NCBI GenBank assembly: GCA_947472995.1
Contig: CANJBO010000002.1
Span: 117,283 to 181,282, forward strand
From: Chloroflexota bacterium
GTDB taxonomy: Bacteria > Chloroflexota > Dehalococcoidia > UBA2979
DNA: 64,000 bases
Reading direction: 5' to 3'
Shown: piece by piece, positions 18,753 to 27,805 of the stretch
Layout of the letters: the number at the start of each line of letters is the position of its first letter
How positions within the stretch are numbered: the first letter of the stretch is position 1
The notes under the pieces: model-generated
The model's database searches: none
Seen by the model: only the letters and a program-made list of their open reading frames with translations
Told to the model about the DNA's origin: nothing
Made by a program: the position numbers and the translations under genes

Positions 18753-19451
18753 CTAACGGATCATGTAGCCGACACCGCGCATCGTGGTGATCGCGTCGCC
18801 GGCCCCCGCCCTCACGAGCTTCGAGCGCAGCCGCGACACGTGCGCCTCGACGAAGTTGCGCGAGCCGAACGTCTCGTAGCCCCAGATCTTCACGGAGATC
18901 TCGTCGGGATGGATCACCTCGCCGCGCCGCTCCAGCAGCAGCCGCAGCACGGCGAACTCCTTTGGCGTCAGCATCACCTCGGCGGGCCCGACGTTCACGG
19001 AGTGCGAGCGCAGGCGCATGACGATGCCGTCCGGGCCGAGCAGCTCGTCCGTCGCGCGCGCCCCGCCGGCGCGGCAGCGGCGCAGGATTGCCCGCACGCG
19101 GCGGCTCAACTCGGGGATCTCCAGCGGCTTGACGAGGTAGTCGTCCGCACCGAGGTCGAAGCCCGCGAGCCGCTCGGTCAGCGTGCCCGCCGCCGTCACC
19201 ATCATCACCGGCACGTCGCTCCTCGTCCGGATCTGGCGCAGCGTCTCGAACCCGGAGATGCCCGGCAGGCCGACGTCCAGGATCACGATGTCGAAGACCC
19301 CGCTGGCGAGGATCGCGAGTGCCGCCTCGCCCGAGTCGACCGCGAGCACCTGGTCGCCCGTCGCCCTCAGCGCCTGCGACAGGGTCTCGCGCACGATCAA
19401 CTCGTCGTCGACCAGGAGGATCTGCGCGGGCGCCTCGCGCGGGGCAGGCAT
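18753..19451 (-). CDS. OmpR-family response regulator (receiver plus winged-helix DNA-binding domain)
   Basis: ILLVDDE...DIVILDVGLPGISG...LVKP receiver and a C-terminal trans_reg_C domain (...MRGVGYMIR); no histidine kinase gene nearby. Confidence 0.8.
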   Translation of the reverse strand: MPAPREAPAQILLVDDELIVRETLSQALRATGDQVLAVDSGEAALAILASGVFDIVILDVGLPGISGFETLRQIRTRSDVPVMMVTAAGTLTERLAGFDLGADDYLVKPLEIPELSRRVRAILRRCRAGGARATDELLGPDGIVMRLRSHSVNVGPAEVMLTPKEFAVLRLLLERRGEVIHPDEISVKIWGYETFGSRNFVEAHVSRLRSKLVRAGAGDAITTMRGVGYMIR

Positions 19452-19720
19452 CGCGCGGAAGGACGGGCGCTGCTGCGGATACGGCGGTGGCATCGCCATC
19501 GCGAGACCTCGATTCGCTGTCGCGCGGGCGGCGAATCCTGACTGGACGCTGCCCTCGCTGACGGCCCCTGCCTGTCGATCGAATGACCACCGGGCCGCGT
19601 CGCACTGAAGCTACTCTGCGTGCGACCGCGCCGAGACGCCCCGATGGTGACAATGCGGTGAAGATCACGTCAGGAACATCAGGATCGTCAGCTACAGCGG
19701 GGATCCGAGGCCCAGGAACA

Positions 19721-20596
19721 TCAAACGATGTCGGTCTCCACGCGTACCAACGTTCCGTATGCCTCGATCATGCTTCCGACGAGCGGCGGTACCGGCTCGC
19801 GCGTGTGCCAGTCGAGGTGGCCGTGCGGGCCGTCCTCGCGCACCAGCAGCGACGCCGCGACGACGACGCCCGCGACGCTGCTCGTCAGCAGCACCGCCTC
19901 CGCCAGCGCGAGGTCGCCGAGGTCGATGCGCCGCTCCGCCACCGTGACGCCGAGGCCGCGCGCGACCTCGATCAGCGCGGCGCGCGTGACGCCGGGCAGC
20001 GGGCCGTCCTCGATGCGCGGCGTCTCGATGCCGTCATTGCGCACGATGAACAGGTTGGCTGTCGCCGCCTCGACCACCGCGCCGTCGTGGTTCAGCAACA
20101 CGGCGTCGTCGAAGCCCGCCTCGCGCGCCTCGACGCGGGCAAGGAGGTACGGCAGGAACTGCGCCGACTTCGCCGCCGCAAGCGCGCGACGCGCGTCGAT
20201 CCTCGTCGCGACGACGAGCAGCCGAGGCGACGCGGGCCGTGGCGGCAACGCGTCGACAGTGACGATCACCAGCGGTGCGCTGGCGGCGCGCAGGTCGGGC
20301 ACGTGGCCGTGGCCGGCCGTCACCGTGAGCCGCACGCTGGCCTCGCTCAGCCCGTTCGCCGCGAGCGTCTCCACCACGGCGCGCTCGAGGTCGGCACACA
20401 GCGGCGGCGCGACGCGCATCGCGCGCAGGCCGCCCTCGATGCGATCGAGGTGCGCGCCCAGCCGGAACACGCGCCCGTTGCGCGCGAGCATCGTCTCGAA
20501 GCATGCGGCGCCGTAGCGCACCGCGAAGTCGTCGATCGAGACACGTGCCTCGGCGCGCGGGACCAGCGCGCCGTCCACCCACGCGACGCCGGTCAT
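19721..20596 (-). CDS. pabC: aminodeoxychorismate lyase (class IV aminotransferase fold)
   Basis: Class IV PLP-enzyme pattern (...FETMLARNGRVFRLGAHLDR..., ...ANLFIV...); overlaps the stop of the upstream chorismate-binding enzyme gene. Confidence 0.7.
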   Translation of the reverse strand: MTGVAWVDGALVPRAEARVSIDDFAVRYGAACFETMLARNGRVFRLGAHLDRIEGGLRAMRVAPPLCADLERAVVETLAANGLSEASVRLTVTAGHGHVPDLRAASAPLVIVTVDALPPRPASPRLLVVATRIDARRALAAAKSAQFLPYLLARVEAREAGFDDAVLLNHDGAVVEAATANLFIVRNDGIETPRIEDGPLPGVTRAALIEVARGLGVTVAERRIDLGDLALAEAVLLTSSVAGVVVAASLLVREDGPHGHLDWHTREPVPPLVGSMIEAYGTLVRVETDIV

Positions 20597-22041
20597 CGCG
20601 CCGCGGTCGACGCGGACGGGGCGTTCGAGGCAGCCGGCGCGGCCACCTCGTCGGGCAGCGCGACGCCGAGGGCGCGCGCCATCCCGCGCGCCTTGTCCAG
20701 CGTCTCGGCGTACTCGGCCTCCGGCGAGGAGTCGTAGACGATCGCGCCGCCGACGTGCAGGTGCGCGACGCCGTCCGCGAGCGTGATCGTACGGATCGCG
20801 ATGTTGAGGTCGAGGCGCCCGTCCGCCGAGACGTACCCGATCGCGCCGGTGTAGACGCCGCGCACCGTCGGCTCCAGCTCGTCGATGATCTCGAGCGCGC
20901 GGATCTTCGGCGCGCCGGTGACGGAGCCGCCGGGGAACGTCGCACGCAGCAGCGCCTCCAGCCCCACGTCCGCGCGCCGTCGCGCCTCGACGGTCGAGGT
21001 GAGGTGGTGCACCTGCGCGTACGACTCCAGCGCGGCGAACTCGGGCACGCGCACGCTCCCCGTGACGGCGACACGGCCGAGGTCGTTCCGCTCGAGGTCC
21101 ACGATCATCAGGTGCTCGGCGCGATCCTTCGCGCTCTCACGCAGCGCCGCTGCGAGTCGTGCGTCCTCGTCCGGCGTCGCGCCGCGCGGGCGGGTGCCCT
21201 TGATCGGGCGTGTCTCCAGGCGATCACCGTCCGCGAGCAGGAAGCGCTCCGGCGACGAGGACAGCACCTCGACGCCGCCGAAGTCGCCACGCAGGTCGAG
21301 GTACGCCGCGAAGGGCGCGGGGCTCACGGTGCGCAGCCGCCGGTACAGGTCCAGCCCGCCGCCGCCATACGGCGCGGAGAAGCGCTGCGCGAAGTTCACC
21401 TGGTAGATGTCGCCGGCCTCGATGTAGCGGCGCGCCTGCTCGACGGCGCGCAGGTACGCGGCGCGCGTCAGGTTGCTGCGCAGTACCCCGGCGCTCGCCG
21501 GGGCGGCCGTGCCGCGCGCGGGCTGCGCGAGGCGCGCACGGAGCGCGTGCACTGCCTCGGCGCGGCCCACGAGCCAGCCCGCGCGCGCGATCTCGTCCCA
21601 CACCAGCGCCGCGTCGTACCAGCCGAACGCGAGGTCCGGCGCGCCGACGTCGTCGCGCGTGGTCGCGGGCAGCCGTTCGATCTCGCGCCCCAGCTCGAAG
21701 CCGAGCACACCGATCGCGCCGCCGAGGAACGGGAGCGCGGGTGCGTCGTGCGGCAGCCGCGCGATCGGCTCGGCCTCGACGGCGCGCGCGAACTCCTGCA
21801 GCGCGCCGGGCGGCAGGCGGCGCGGGCCGGCCGCGGTCTCCAGCACGACGTCCGCGCCGTACGCGGTCAGCGCCCAGCGCGGGTCGCTGGCGACGACCGA
21901 CCACCGTCCGAGGCGCGCGTCCACCCGCGACGAGTCGAGCCACGCGAGGCGCGGCCGGTCGGCGAGCGCGGCAACCGCCGCCTCGGGCCCGTCGCCGTGC
22001 CACGGCTCGACCACCACGTCGAAGGACGATCGGTAGGACAT
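20593..22041 (-). CDS. pabB: aminodeoxychorismate synthase component I (chorismate-binding enzyme)
   Basis: Chorismate-binding domain motifs ...GDIYQVNFAQRF..., ...PGGSVTGAPKIRALEII..., ...VYTGAIGY...; coupled to pabC. Confidence 0.75.
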   Translation of the reverse strand: MSYRSSFDVVVEPWHGDGPEAAVAALADRPRLAWLDSSRVDARLGRWSVVASDPRWALTAYGADVVLETAAGPRRLPPGALQEFARAVEAEPIARLPHDAPALPFLGGAIGVLGFELGREIERLPATTRDDVGAPDLAFGWYDAALVWDEIARAGWLVGRAEAVHALRARLAQPARGTAAPASAGVLRSNLTRAAYLRAVEQARRYIEAGDIYQVNFAQRFSAPYGGGGLDLYRRLRTVSPAPFAAYLDLRGDFGGVEVLSSSPERFLLADGDRLETRPIKGTRPRGATPDEDARLAAALRESAKDRAEHLMIVDLERNDLGRVAVTGSVRVPEFAALESYAQVHHLTSTVEARRRADVGLEALLRATFPGGSVTGAPKIRALEIIDELEPTVRGVYTGAIGYVSADGRLDLNIAIRTITLADGVAHLHVGGAIVYDSSPEAEYAETLDKARGMARALGVALPDEVAAPAASNAPSASTAAR

Positions 22042-22081
22042 GCCTCGATTGTACCGAGCCGCCGCGGGCGGCTCGACGCGG

Positions 22082-22456
22082 TCAGCGCGACAGCGGGCGC
22101 AGCCGCCAGCGGCCGTACGCGATGAACGCGAGGACCGCGGCGTCGAGGGCGTTCGTGACGATGTTCTGGTACTCGCCGCGCTGCAGGTGGAACACGACGG
22201 CGAAGACCATGATGACGAGCAGCCCGACCGCCGCGAGCGGCGTCAGCTCCGTCCGGATCCCCGTCAGCCCCGGCAGGATCAGCCCGAGCCCGCCGAGGAT
22301 TTCGGCCGCGCCGGAGACGACGTGCAGCCACATCGGCAGCTCGTACATCCACTGCATCACCGGCGGCAGGCCGGGCGGGAGGATGAAGTGCATGACGCCG
22401 ATGCCGATGAAGAACGCGCCCATCAGGAACTGCAGGCCCCAGAGGAGGTAGTGCAC
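22082..22456 (-). CDS. DoxX-family membrane protein
   Basis: About 125 aa, four TM helices; GTG start after a GAAGGGA RBS; the long Arg-rich upstream part of the ORF was rejected. Confidence 0.65.
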   Translation of the reverse strand: MHYLLWGLQFLMGAFFIGIGVMHFILPPGLPPVMQWMYELPMWLHVVSGAAEILGGLGLILPGLTGIRTELTPLAAVGLLVIMVFAVVFHLQRGEYQNIVTNALDAAVLAFIAYGRWRLRPLSR

Positions 22457-22568
22457 GGGAGATCCCTTCGCTGCGACCGCGTCCGTATCGCCGGATTGTA
22501 CGAGGCGCACGACCGTCCGAGGCCGCGCGTGCCTCGCATCGCCTCGGCGCCACCTGTACCCTCGGTGG

Positions 22569-22958
22569 ATGAACCGCCAGGCGCTCCGGCACCTCGGGCA
22601 GGCGGCAACCGTCGCCAGCGCCGCGCTGATCCTGTTCGCGACGCTCTCGCCGAACCCGCCGGACCCGGGCGGGATGCCGGACTGGGTGGCGCACTTCGGG
22701 CTGTTCGGTCTGATTGGCGCGTCCGCCGCGCTCTGGTACGCCACCAGCGACCTCGCACGACGCTCGCCGCAGCGCGCGCTGGTCGGCGTCCTGCTCGCGC
22801 TGTGGCTGTTTGGCGGGCTCACCGAGCTGGCGCAGAGCATGACCGCGACCCGTGACGCCTCGATGAGCGACCTCATCGTCGATGTGATCGGCGCGGTCGC
22901 CGGGTTCCTCGCGGGGAGCGTACTCTGGCGCGCCGTCCTCGGACGGGTCGCCCGCTAG
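22569..22958 (+). CDS. VanZ-family membrane protein
   Basis: HFGLFGLIGASAALWY ... LTELAQSMTATRDASMSDLIVDVIGAVAGFLAG is typical of VanZ-like proteins. Confidence 0.65.
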   Translation: MNRQALRHLGQAATVASAALILFATLSPNPPDPGGMPDWVAHFGLFGLIGASAALWYATSDLARRSPQRALVGVLLALWLFGGLTELAQSMTATRDASMSDLIVDVIGAVAGFLAGSVLWRAVLGRVAR

Positions 22959-22987
22959 CCTGCGGCTCCGTCGAGGTGCTACGAGGG

Positions 22988-23057
22988 CGGCCCACCCCTG
23001 CCCCTCCCGGCGCGGGAGGGGTTGAGATTCGAAGGGGCTGCGCCCTTCGAGCATCCC
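22988..23057. repeat. REP/BIME-like double-hairpin element (subfamily A)
   Basis: GGCCCACCCCTGCCCCTCCC-ggcgc-GGGAGGGGTTGAGATT-CGAAGGGGC-tgc-GCCCTTCG-AGCATCCC; near-identical copy at 37562-37628. Confidence 0.7.
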
Positions 23058-23101
23058 CCCGATGAGCACTCAATCGTGTGCCGCGCGCGACGCCAGGTCG
23101 A

Positions 23102-23893
23102 CTAGCCCTGCGGCTCGGCGTACACGCGCATCCCGTAGTCGTTGTACCGCCGCTCCGGTGCGAGCGAGGACCGCGCGGCGATCCGCGCCACCTTGATGCG
23201 ATGCCGCCACGACCCGCCCCGCGAGGCGCGCCGCACGCCCTCGTCCGGGCCGCGGGGGTCCTCGACGGGAGCGCCGTCCTCGCGCGTCTCGCCGGCGTAG
23301 CCGTCGGGGGCGTACCAGTCGCTGCACCACTCGTGGACGTTGTCGCCCATGTGGTACAGGCCGTAGCCGTTGGGCGGCGCGCTCCCCACCGGGTGCGGGC
23401 GGTCGCCGCCGGCCGCGCCGAAGGTGTGCACGCCCGTCGACCACGGCTCGTCGCCCCAGTCGTAGACACCTCGAGGCTCGCCGCCGCGCGCGGCGTACTC
23501 GCGCTCGGCCTCGGTCGGCAGGCGGCACTCGCGTCCGAGGAGCCCGCCGAGCCAGGCGCAGTAGTCGACGGCGTCGAACCACGAGACGCCGATCACCGGG
23601 CAGCCCGGGCGGCGGAAGTGCGGGTCGTCCCAGTACCCCGGCGGCTCGTGGCCCGTGGCCTCGAGGAACGCGGCGAACTCGAGGTTCGTGACCGGCGCCA
23701 GCGCGACGGCGAACGGGCGCACGCGCACCAGCCGGCGCGGCAACTCGTCCGGGCGCCCCGCCGATCCCATCTCGAACACGCCGCCCGGGAGGTCGAGGAA
23801 CGGCGTCGCCGCCGGCCCCTCGCGGAGCAGCCGCGCGAGGCGCGGGTCAGCCGGGGTACCGGCGGGGTCGGCGGGCTGGGCGAGGTCGTCCAT
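23102..23893 (-). CDS. formylglycine-generating enzyme family protein (SUMF1/EgtB-like domain)
   Basis: ...PVIGVSWFDAVDYCAWLG...RLPTEAEREYAARGG...YGLYHMGDNVHEWCSDWY...GGSW... are FGE-sulfatase family motifs. Confidence 0.75.
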   Translation of the reverse strand: MDDLAQPADPAGTPADPRLARLLREGPAATPFLDLPGGVFEMGSAGRPDELPRRLVRVRPFAVALAPVTNLEFAAFLEATGHEPPGYWDDPHFRRPGCPVIGVSWFDAVDYCAWLGGLLGRECRLPTEAEREYAARGGEPRGVYDWGDEPWSTGVHTFGAAGGDRPHPVGSAPPNGYGLYHMGDNVHEWCSDWYAPDGYAGETREDGAPVEDPRGPDEGVRRASRGGSWRHRIKVARIAARSSLAPERRYNDYGMRVYAEPQG

Positions 23894-24015
23894 CCCTCGA
23901 TCCTAGCGAACGCCGATCCTGCGCGGGGACGTTTGTGAAATTGCGCGCAGGCTGCGGCAGGGTATGATCACCAGTAATCGCGCGACTTCACCGGCGCGAT
24001 GGGGGCTGGACACCA

Positions 24016-24666
24016 TTGCCGATCGAGATTCCTGACGTCGTCATCGACCGTCTCCCCCTCTATTACCGGCTGCTGTCGCGGCTGGAGCAGGAGGGGCGCG
24101 CCGTCATCTCCTCACAGGAGCTGGGCGAGGAGCTCGGCGTGACGCCGGCCCAGATCCGCAAGGACCTCTCGTACTTCGGGCGCTTCGGCAAGCAGGGACG
24201 CGGGTACTCCGTCGTCCGGCTGGCCGAGGAGCTGCGCTTCATCCTCGGCCTCGACCGGCGCTGGCGCGTGGTGGTCGTCGGCATCGGCCGCCTCGGCCGC
24301 GCGCTCTCCTCCTACCCGGGGTTCGAGGGCCAGGGCTTCGACATCGTCGGCCGCTACGACTCCGGTCCGAACGTGATCGGCACAACGCTCGACGGCAACG
24401 ATATCCTCGACGCGAAGGACCTCGAGCGTGACCTGCGCAAGACGCCGGTGGACATCGGCATCATCGCGGTGACGGCGGACGCGGCGCAGGACGTGGCGGA
24501 CACGCTGATCCGCGGCGGCGTGCGCGCAGTGCTGAACTACACCCCGGCGCGCGTGCAGGTCCCGATCGGCATTGAGCTGAAGCACATCAACCCGGTGCTC
24601 TTCCTCCAGAGCATGACCTACCACCTGAAGCTCCGGCAGCGCGACCGCGCCGTCCGCGCGGAGTAG
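24016..24666 (+). CDS. rex: redox-sensing transcriptional repressor Rex
   Basis: N-terminal winged helix (RLPLYYRLL...SSQELGEELGVTPAQIRKDLSYFG) and Rossmann domain VVVVGIGRLGRAL. Confidence 0.9.
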   Translation: MPIEIPDVVIDRLPLYYRLLSRLEQEGRAVISSQELGEELGVTPAQIRKDLSYFGRFGKQGRGYSVVRLAEELRFILGLDRRWRVVVVGIGRLGRALSSYPGFEGQGFDIVGRYDSGPNVIGTTLDGNDILDAKDLERDLRKTPVDIGIIAVTADAAQDVADTLIRGGVRAVLNYTPARVQVPIGIELKHINPVLFLQSMTYHLKLRQRDRAVRAE

Positions 24667-24692
24667 CGCACCGGCAACGATCGAGGTGTCGC

Positions 24693-25451
24693 GTGCCCAG
24701 CGAATCCTCATGGACTCGAGGCCTTCGAGACGGTTGGCGCTGGTTATCGAGTTCCGCCGGAATCATTCCATGGATGGGCGTCACCTTTGCTTCGCCGCTG
24801 CTCGCGCTCCAAATACTGACTTGGGAGTCGGAGTGGGCCGAGACCGGAATTGGGCTCTTTACTGGCGCCATTACCTTCATCGCGATCGTGCTCTTGCTAC
24901 ATGTCGTGGCGCTCGCTCCGCGGCGTCAACGAGACGAAGAGCGGAGTGCTCGTCGACGACTAGAAGCCGAACGAATCGAGCAAGAGGACAAGTTGCTCCT
25001 CGGGCTGGCGTTTGTCGGACCAGAAATTCTATTTCGCACCCGAAGCGATGATCCGGCCCTACTCGACGCGACAGTCGGTGTGAAACTCAGGAATACGAGC
25101 GCCGGCCCCATACGCTATGAAGTCGAATCCATGACAGTTGTCATCGCGGGTAAGACGAACCCCGAGCCAGTCTTCGTGAGTCGTGGCGGTCTTCTAACAC
25201 CCGGAGAGACCACGACATTCAGCTACGCTCTGATTCGGGACCTCGATGAGACCAGCGATATCTACGTTGGAGTAGCCGAGTACGTGGCGAAGTACGGACA
25301 CCCACTTGGACCTTGGCAATACCGATCGCGCCGTCGATTCCAGTTCACCGTCAATCATCTTGTGGGCAACGAGCGTCATACTTACGTAGAGCACCTGATG
25401 ATCGAGGAGTCTGAAGAGAGAATGCCGGCACCGAACCGAGAAGCGCCTTAG
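24693..25451 (+). CDS. hypothetical membrane protein, compositionally atypical (about 57% GC versus about 71% for the window)
   Basis: Two N-terminal TM helices plus a beta-rich domain; codons such as cta/tta/ata/aaa that are rare elsewhere in the window. Confidence 0.5.
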   Translation: MPSESSWTRGLRDGWRWLSSSAGIIPWMGVTFASPLLALQILTWESEWAETGIGLFTGAITFIAIVLLLHVVALAPRRQRDEERSARRRLEAERIEQEDKLLLGLAFVGPEILFRTRSDDPALLDATVGVKLRNTSAGPIRYEVESMTVVIAGKTNPEPVFVSRGGLLTPGETTTFSYALIRDLDETSDIYVGVAEYVAKYGHPLGPWQYRSRRRFQFTVNHLVGNERHTYVEHLMIEESEERMPAPNREAP

Positions 25452-25457
25452 AGCGCG

Positions 25458-26495
25458 TTACCTCGAGGCGTCGCCGATGAGCGACTCCTCCTCGGTGGGC
25501 ATGGAGCGCTCGATCACGTCGATGTACTCGAGGGCCGCGCCGGCGCCCTTCACGACGCAGCGCAGCGGGTCCTCGGCGACGTGGACGGGGACGCCCGTCT
25601 CGTGCAGCAGCAGGTCGTCGAGGTGGCGCAGCAGCGCGCCGCCGCCCGTCAGCACGATGCCGCGATCGATGACGTCCGAGGCGAGCTCCGGGGGCGTGCG
25701 CTCCAGCACGCGCCGCACCGTCTGCACGATGGTGCCGAGGTGCTCGTGGATCGCCTGTGAGATCTCGGAGGAGCGCACGTTGATCGTGCGCGGGAGGCCG
25801 GTGATCTGGTCGCGCCCGCGCACGCCGGTGACGAGGTCCTCGTTCAGCGGGATCGCCGAGCCGATCGCGATCTTCACCTCCTCGGCGGTGCGTTCGCCGA
25901 TCACGAGGTTGTGGCGACGGCGGATGTACTGCGCGATTGCGTCGTCGAGGCGGTCGCCGGCGACGCGCACGGACTCGCTCGCGACGATCCCGAACATCGA
26001 GATCACGGCCGCCTCGGTGCGTCCGCCGCCGATGTCGACGACCATGTGGCCGCGCGGGCTGCCCACGGGGATCTCCGCGCCGATCGCCGCGGCCAGCGGC
26101 TCCGGGATGAGATGCGCCGGGCGGCGCGCCCCGGCTGCCTCGGCGGCGTCGCGCACGGCGCGCTGCTCGACGCTGTTCACGCCGACCGGCACGCAGATCA
26201 TCACCTCCGGCCGGACGAGGTTGAAGCGGCCGATCACGCGCTGGATGAAGTAGCGCAGCATCGCCTCCGTGATCAGGTAGTCGGCGATTACGCCGTCGCG
26301 CATCGGACGGATGACCTGGATCGAGCCGGGGTGCCGGCCGATCATCGCGCGCGCGTCGTCGCCCACGGCGACCACGCTGTTGTCGCGTTCGGTGATCGCG
26401 ACGACCGCGGGCTCGTCGATGACCACGCCGCGGCCCTGCTCGTAGACGAGCACGTTCGCGGTGCCGAGGTCGATCCCGATGCGCTTGCCGAACAT
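25458..26495 (-). CDS. mreB: rod-shape-determining protein MreB
   Basis: [18 protein letters not shown]..., actin-fold phosphate motifs, ...[10 protein letters not shown]..., ...[11 protein letters not shown]...; start set at the internal MFGKR. Confidence 0.9.
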   Translation of the reverse strand: MFGKRIGIDLGTANVLVYEQGRGVVIDEPAVVAITERDNSVVAVGDDARAMIGRHPGSIQVIRPMRDGVIADYLITEAMLRYFIQRVIGRFNLVRPEVMICVPVGVNSVEQRAVRDAAEAAGARRPAHLIPEPLAAAIGAEIPVGSPRGHMVVDIGGGRTEAAVISMFGIVASESVRVAGDRLDDAIAQYIRRRHNLVIGERTAEEVKIAIGSAIPLNEDLVTGVRGRDQITGLPRTINVRSSEISQAIHEHLGTIVQTVRRVLERTPPELASDVIDRGIVLTGGGALLRHLDDLLLHETGVPVHVAEDPLRCVVKGAGAALEYIDVIERSMPTEEESLIGDASR

Positions 26496-26624
26496 CACGG
26501 TGCGGCGACTCCGAGCGGTGGACGGCGCGACGCCGTCCGAGGTGCCTGTGGATAACTTTGAGGATAACTCGGAGCGGCTCCGTGGTCGGCGGAGGTTAGC
26601 CCCTCGCGCCGCTTTCCGCACGCC

Positions 26625-27782
26625 TCAGCTAACGATGCTCCGGACGAACTGCGCGGTGTCGGCGAGGTGCTGGTAGTTCGCCTCGCGATCGGCGTCGTAG
26701 TACGGCGCAGTGCCGGCGGCGGTGGCATCGGACGCCGCGACGTCCATGCGTGCGCTGTTCGTCGGCATGTCCTTCGCGATGATCGCCTGCGCCTCGCGCG
26801 TCAGGAACCAGTTCGCGAACAGCTGCGCGGCGGCGGGATGCTTCGCCTCCGCGAACGCGAGCAATCCCGTCGAAGGAACGAAATCGGCATCCGGGAGGTC
26901 GAGGAACCGCACCCGCTCCGCACCGCGCCCGCGGAACGCCTCGAGCGCCTTCGGGCGCACCCCGAGCGCGACGGCGAAGCGCCCGCTGATCAGCGACTCG
27001 GTGATGTGCTCCGCGTTCGGGCTGCGTGCCGGACGCTGATCGACGAGCAGCCGCTTCAGCACGTCGCGCCCGTGGCGCGCAGCGACCGCGGCCGCCGAGC
27101 TCGCGGCCAGTCCGACACGCGGGTCGAAGGAGATCACCTGCCCCTGCCATCGACGGTCGAGGAGATCGACGACGCTCTTGATCGCCTCGGGCGGCACGAG
27201 ATCGGTGTTCACGGCATAGGCGTGCACGACGCTGTGCTCCCAGTCGAAGCACAGCGTCTCGCCCCGATCGAGGAAGCGCGCACCGAACCCACCACGCCAT
27301 GTCGCGTCGTCGAGGATGTCGGGACGGACCAGCAGCGGCCGCAGCGGCGTCCACATGCCCTCGGCGCGGCCGTCCTGGATCGCGCGCTCGGGCTGCACGA
27401 GGGCGATGTCGAGCGCATTGCCGGCACGACGCCGCTGCCGCGCGAGATCGAGCCAGGTCGAGGGGTTCGACTCCGCGATCTGCGCCACGCGCACGCCGGG
27501 AAATGCTGCCTCGAACGCGGCGAACACACCGTGGTAGGCGCGATCACCCCAGGTGACGACGGCAAGCGTCGCCTCGCGCTGGGCCGCGGCCACCAGCCGA
27601 TCCCCATCGCCTGCTCCCGGGGTCGCGGCGGACGCGCCGGCGATCGAGGAGCCCACGGAGGAGGCGGTCGAGGTGGCAGGACCGGAGGGGCGGGCGCGCA
27701 GACCGAGCGCCACTGCGCCGGCGGCTCCCGCAACACCGAGCGCGGCACGCTGGAGGAATAGACGACGGCCCGGAGGGGTCAC
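26625..27782 (-). CDS. ABC transporter substrate-binding protein with a twin-arginine signal peptide
   Basis: GTG start after an AGGAGA RBS; RRLFLQRAALGVAGAAGAVALG Tat signal; family-1 solute-binding fold signature, ligand unknown; the rest of the 948-aa ORF upstream was rejected. Confidence 0.65.
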   Translation of the reverse strand: MTPPGRRLFLQRAALGVAGAAGAVALGLRARPSGPATSTASSVGSSIAGASAATPGAGDGDRLVAAAQREATLAVVTWGDRAYHGVFAAFEAAFPGVRVAQIAESNPSTWLDLARQRRRAGNALDIALVQPERAIQDGRAEGMWTPLRPLLVRPDILDDATWRGGFGARFLDRGETLCFDWEHSVVHAYAVNTDLVPPEAIKSVVDLLDRRWQGQVISFDPRVGLAASSAAAVAARHGRDVLKRLLVDQRPARSPNAEHITESLISGRFAVALGVRPKALEAFRGRGAERVRFLDLPDADFVPSTGLLAFAEAKHPAAAQLFANWFLTREAQAIIAKDMPTNSARMDVAASDATAAGTAPYYDADREANYQHLADTAQFVRSIVS

Positions 27783-27805
27783 GACGTACCTCGATCTCCT
27801 GCGGG

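Noticed and set aside
19452-19720. tRNA or other RNA gene in the 270-bp gap upstream of the response regulator
   Set aside because: No T-loop (GTTCGAATC-like) or acceptor-stem pairing was found. Nothing tRNA-like was seen in any intergenic region of the window.
26520-26538. Hairpin GGACGGCG-cga-CGCCGTCC downstream of the substrate-binding-protein gene as a terminator
   Set aside because: The stem is perfect but no U-tract follows on the relevant (minus) strand, so the evidence for an intrinsic terminator is too weak to list as a feature.
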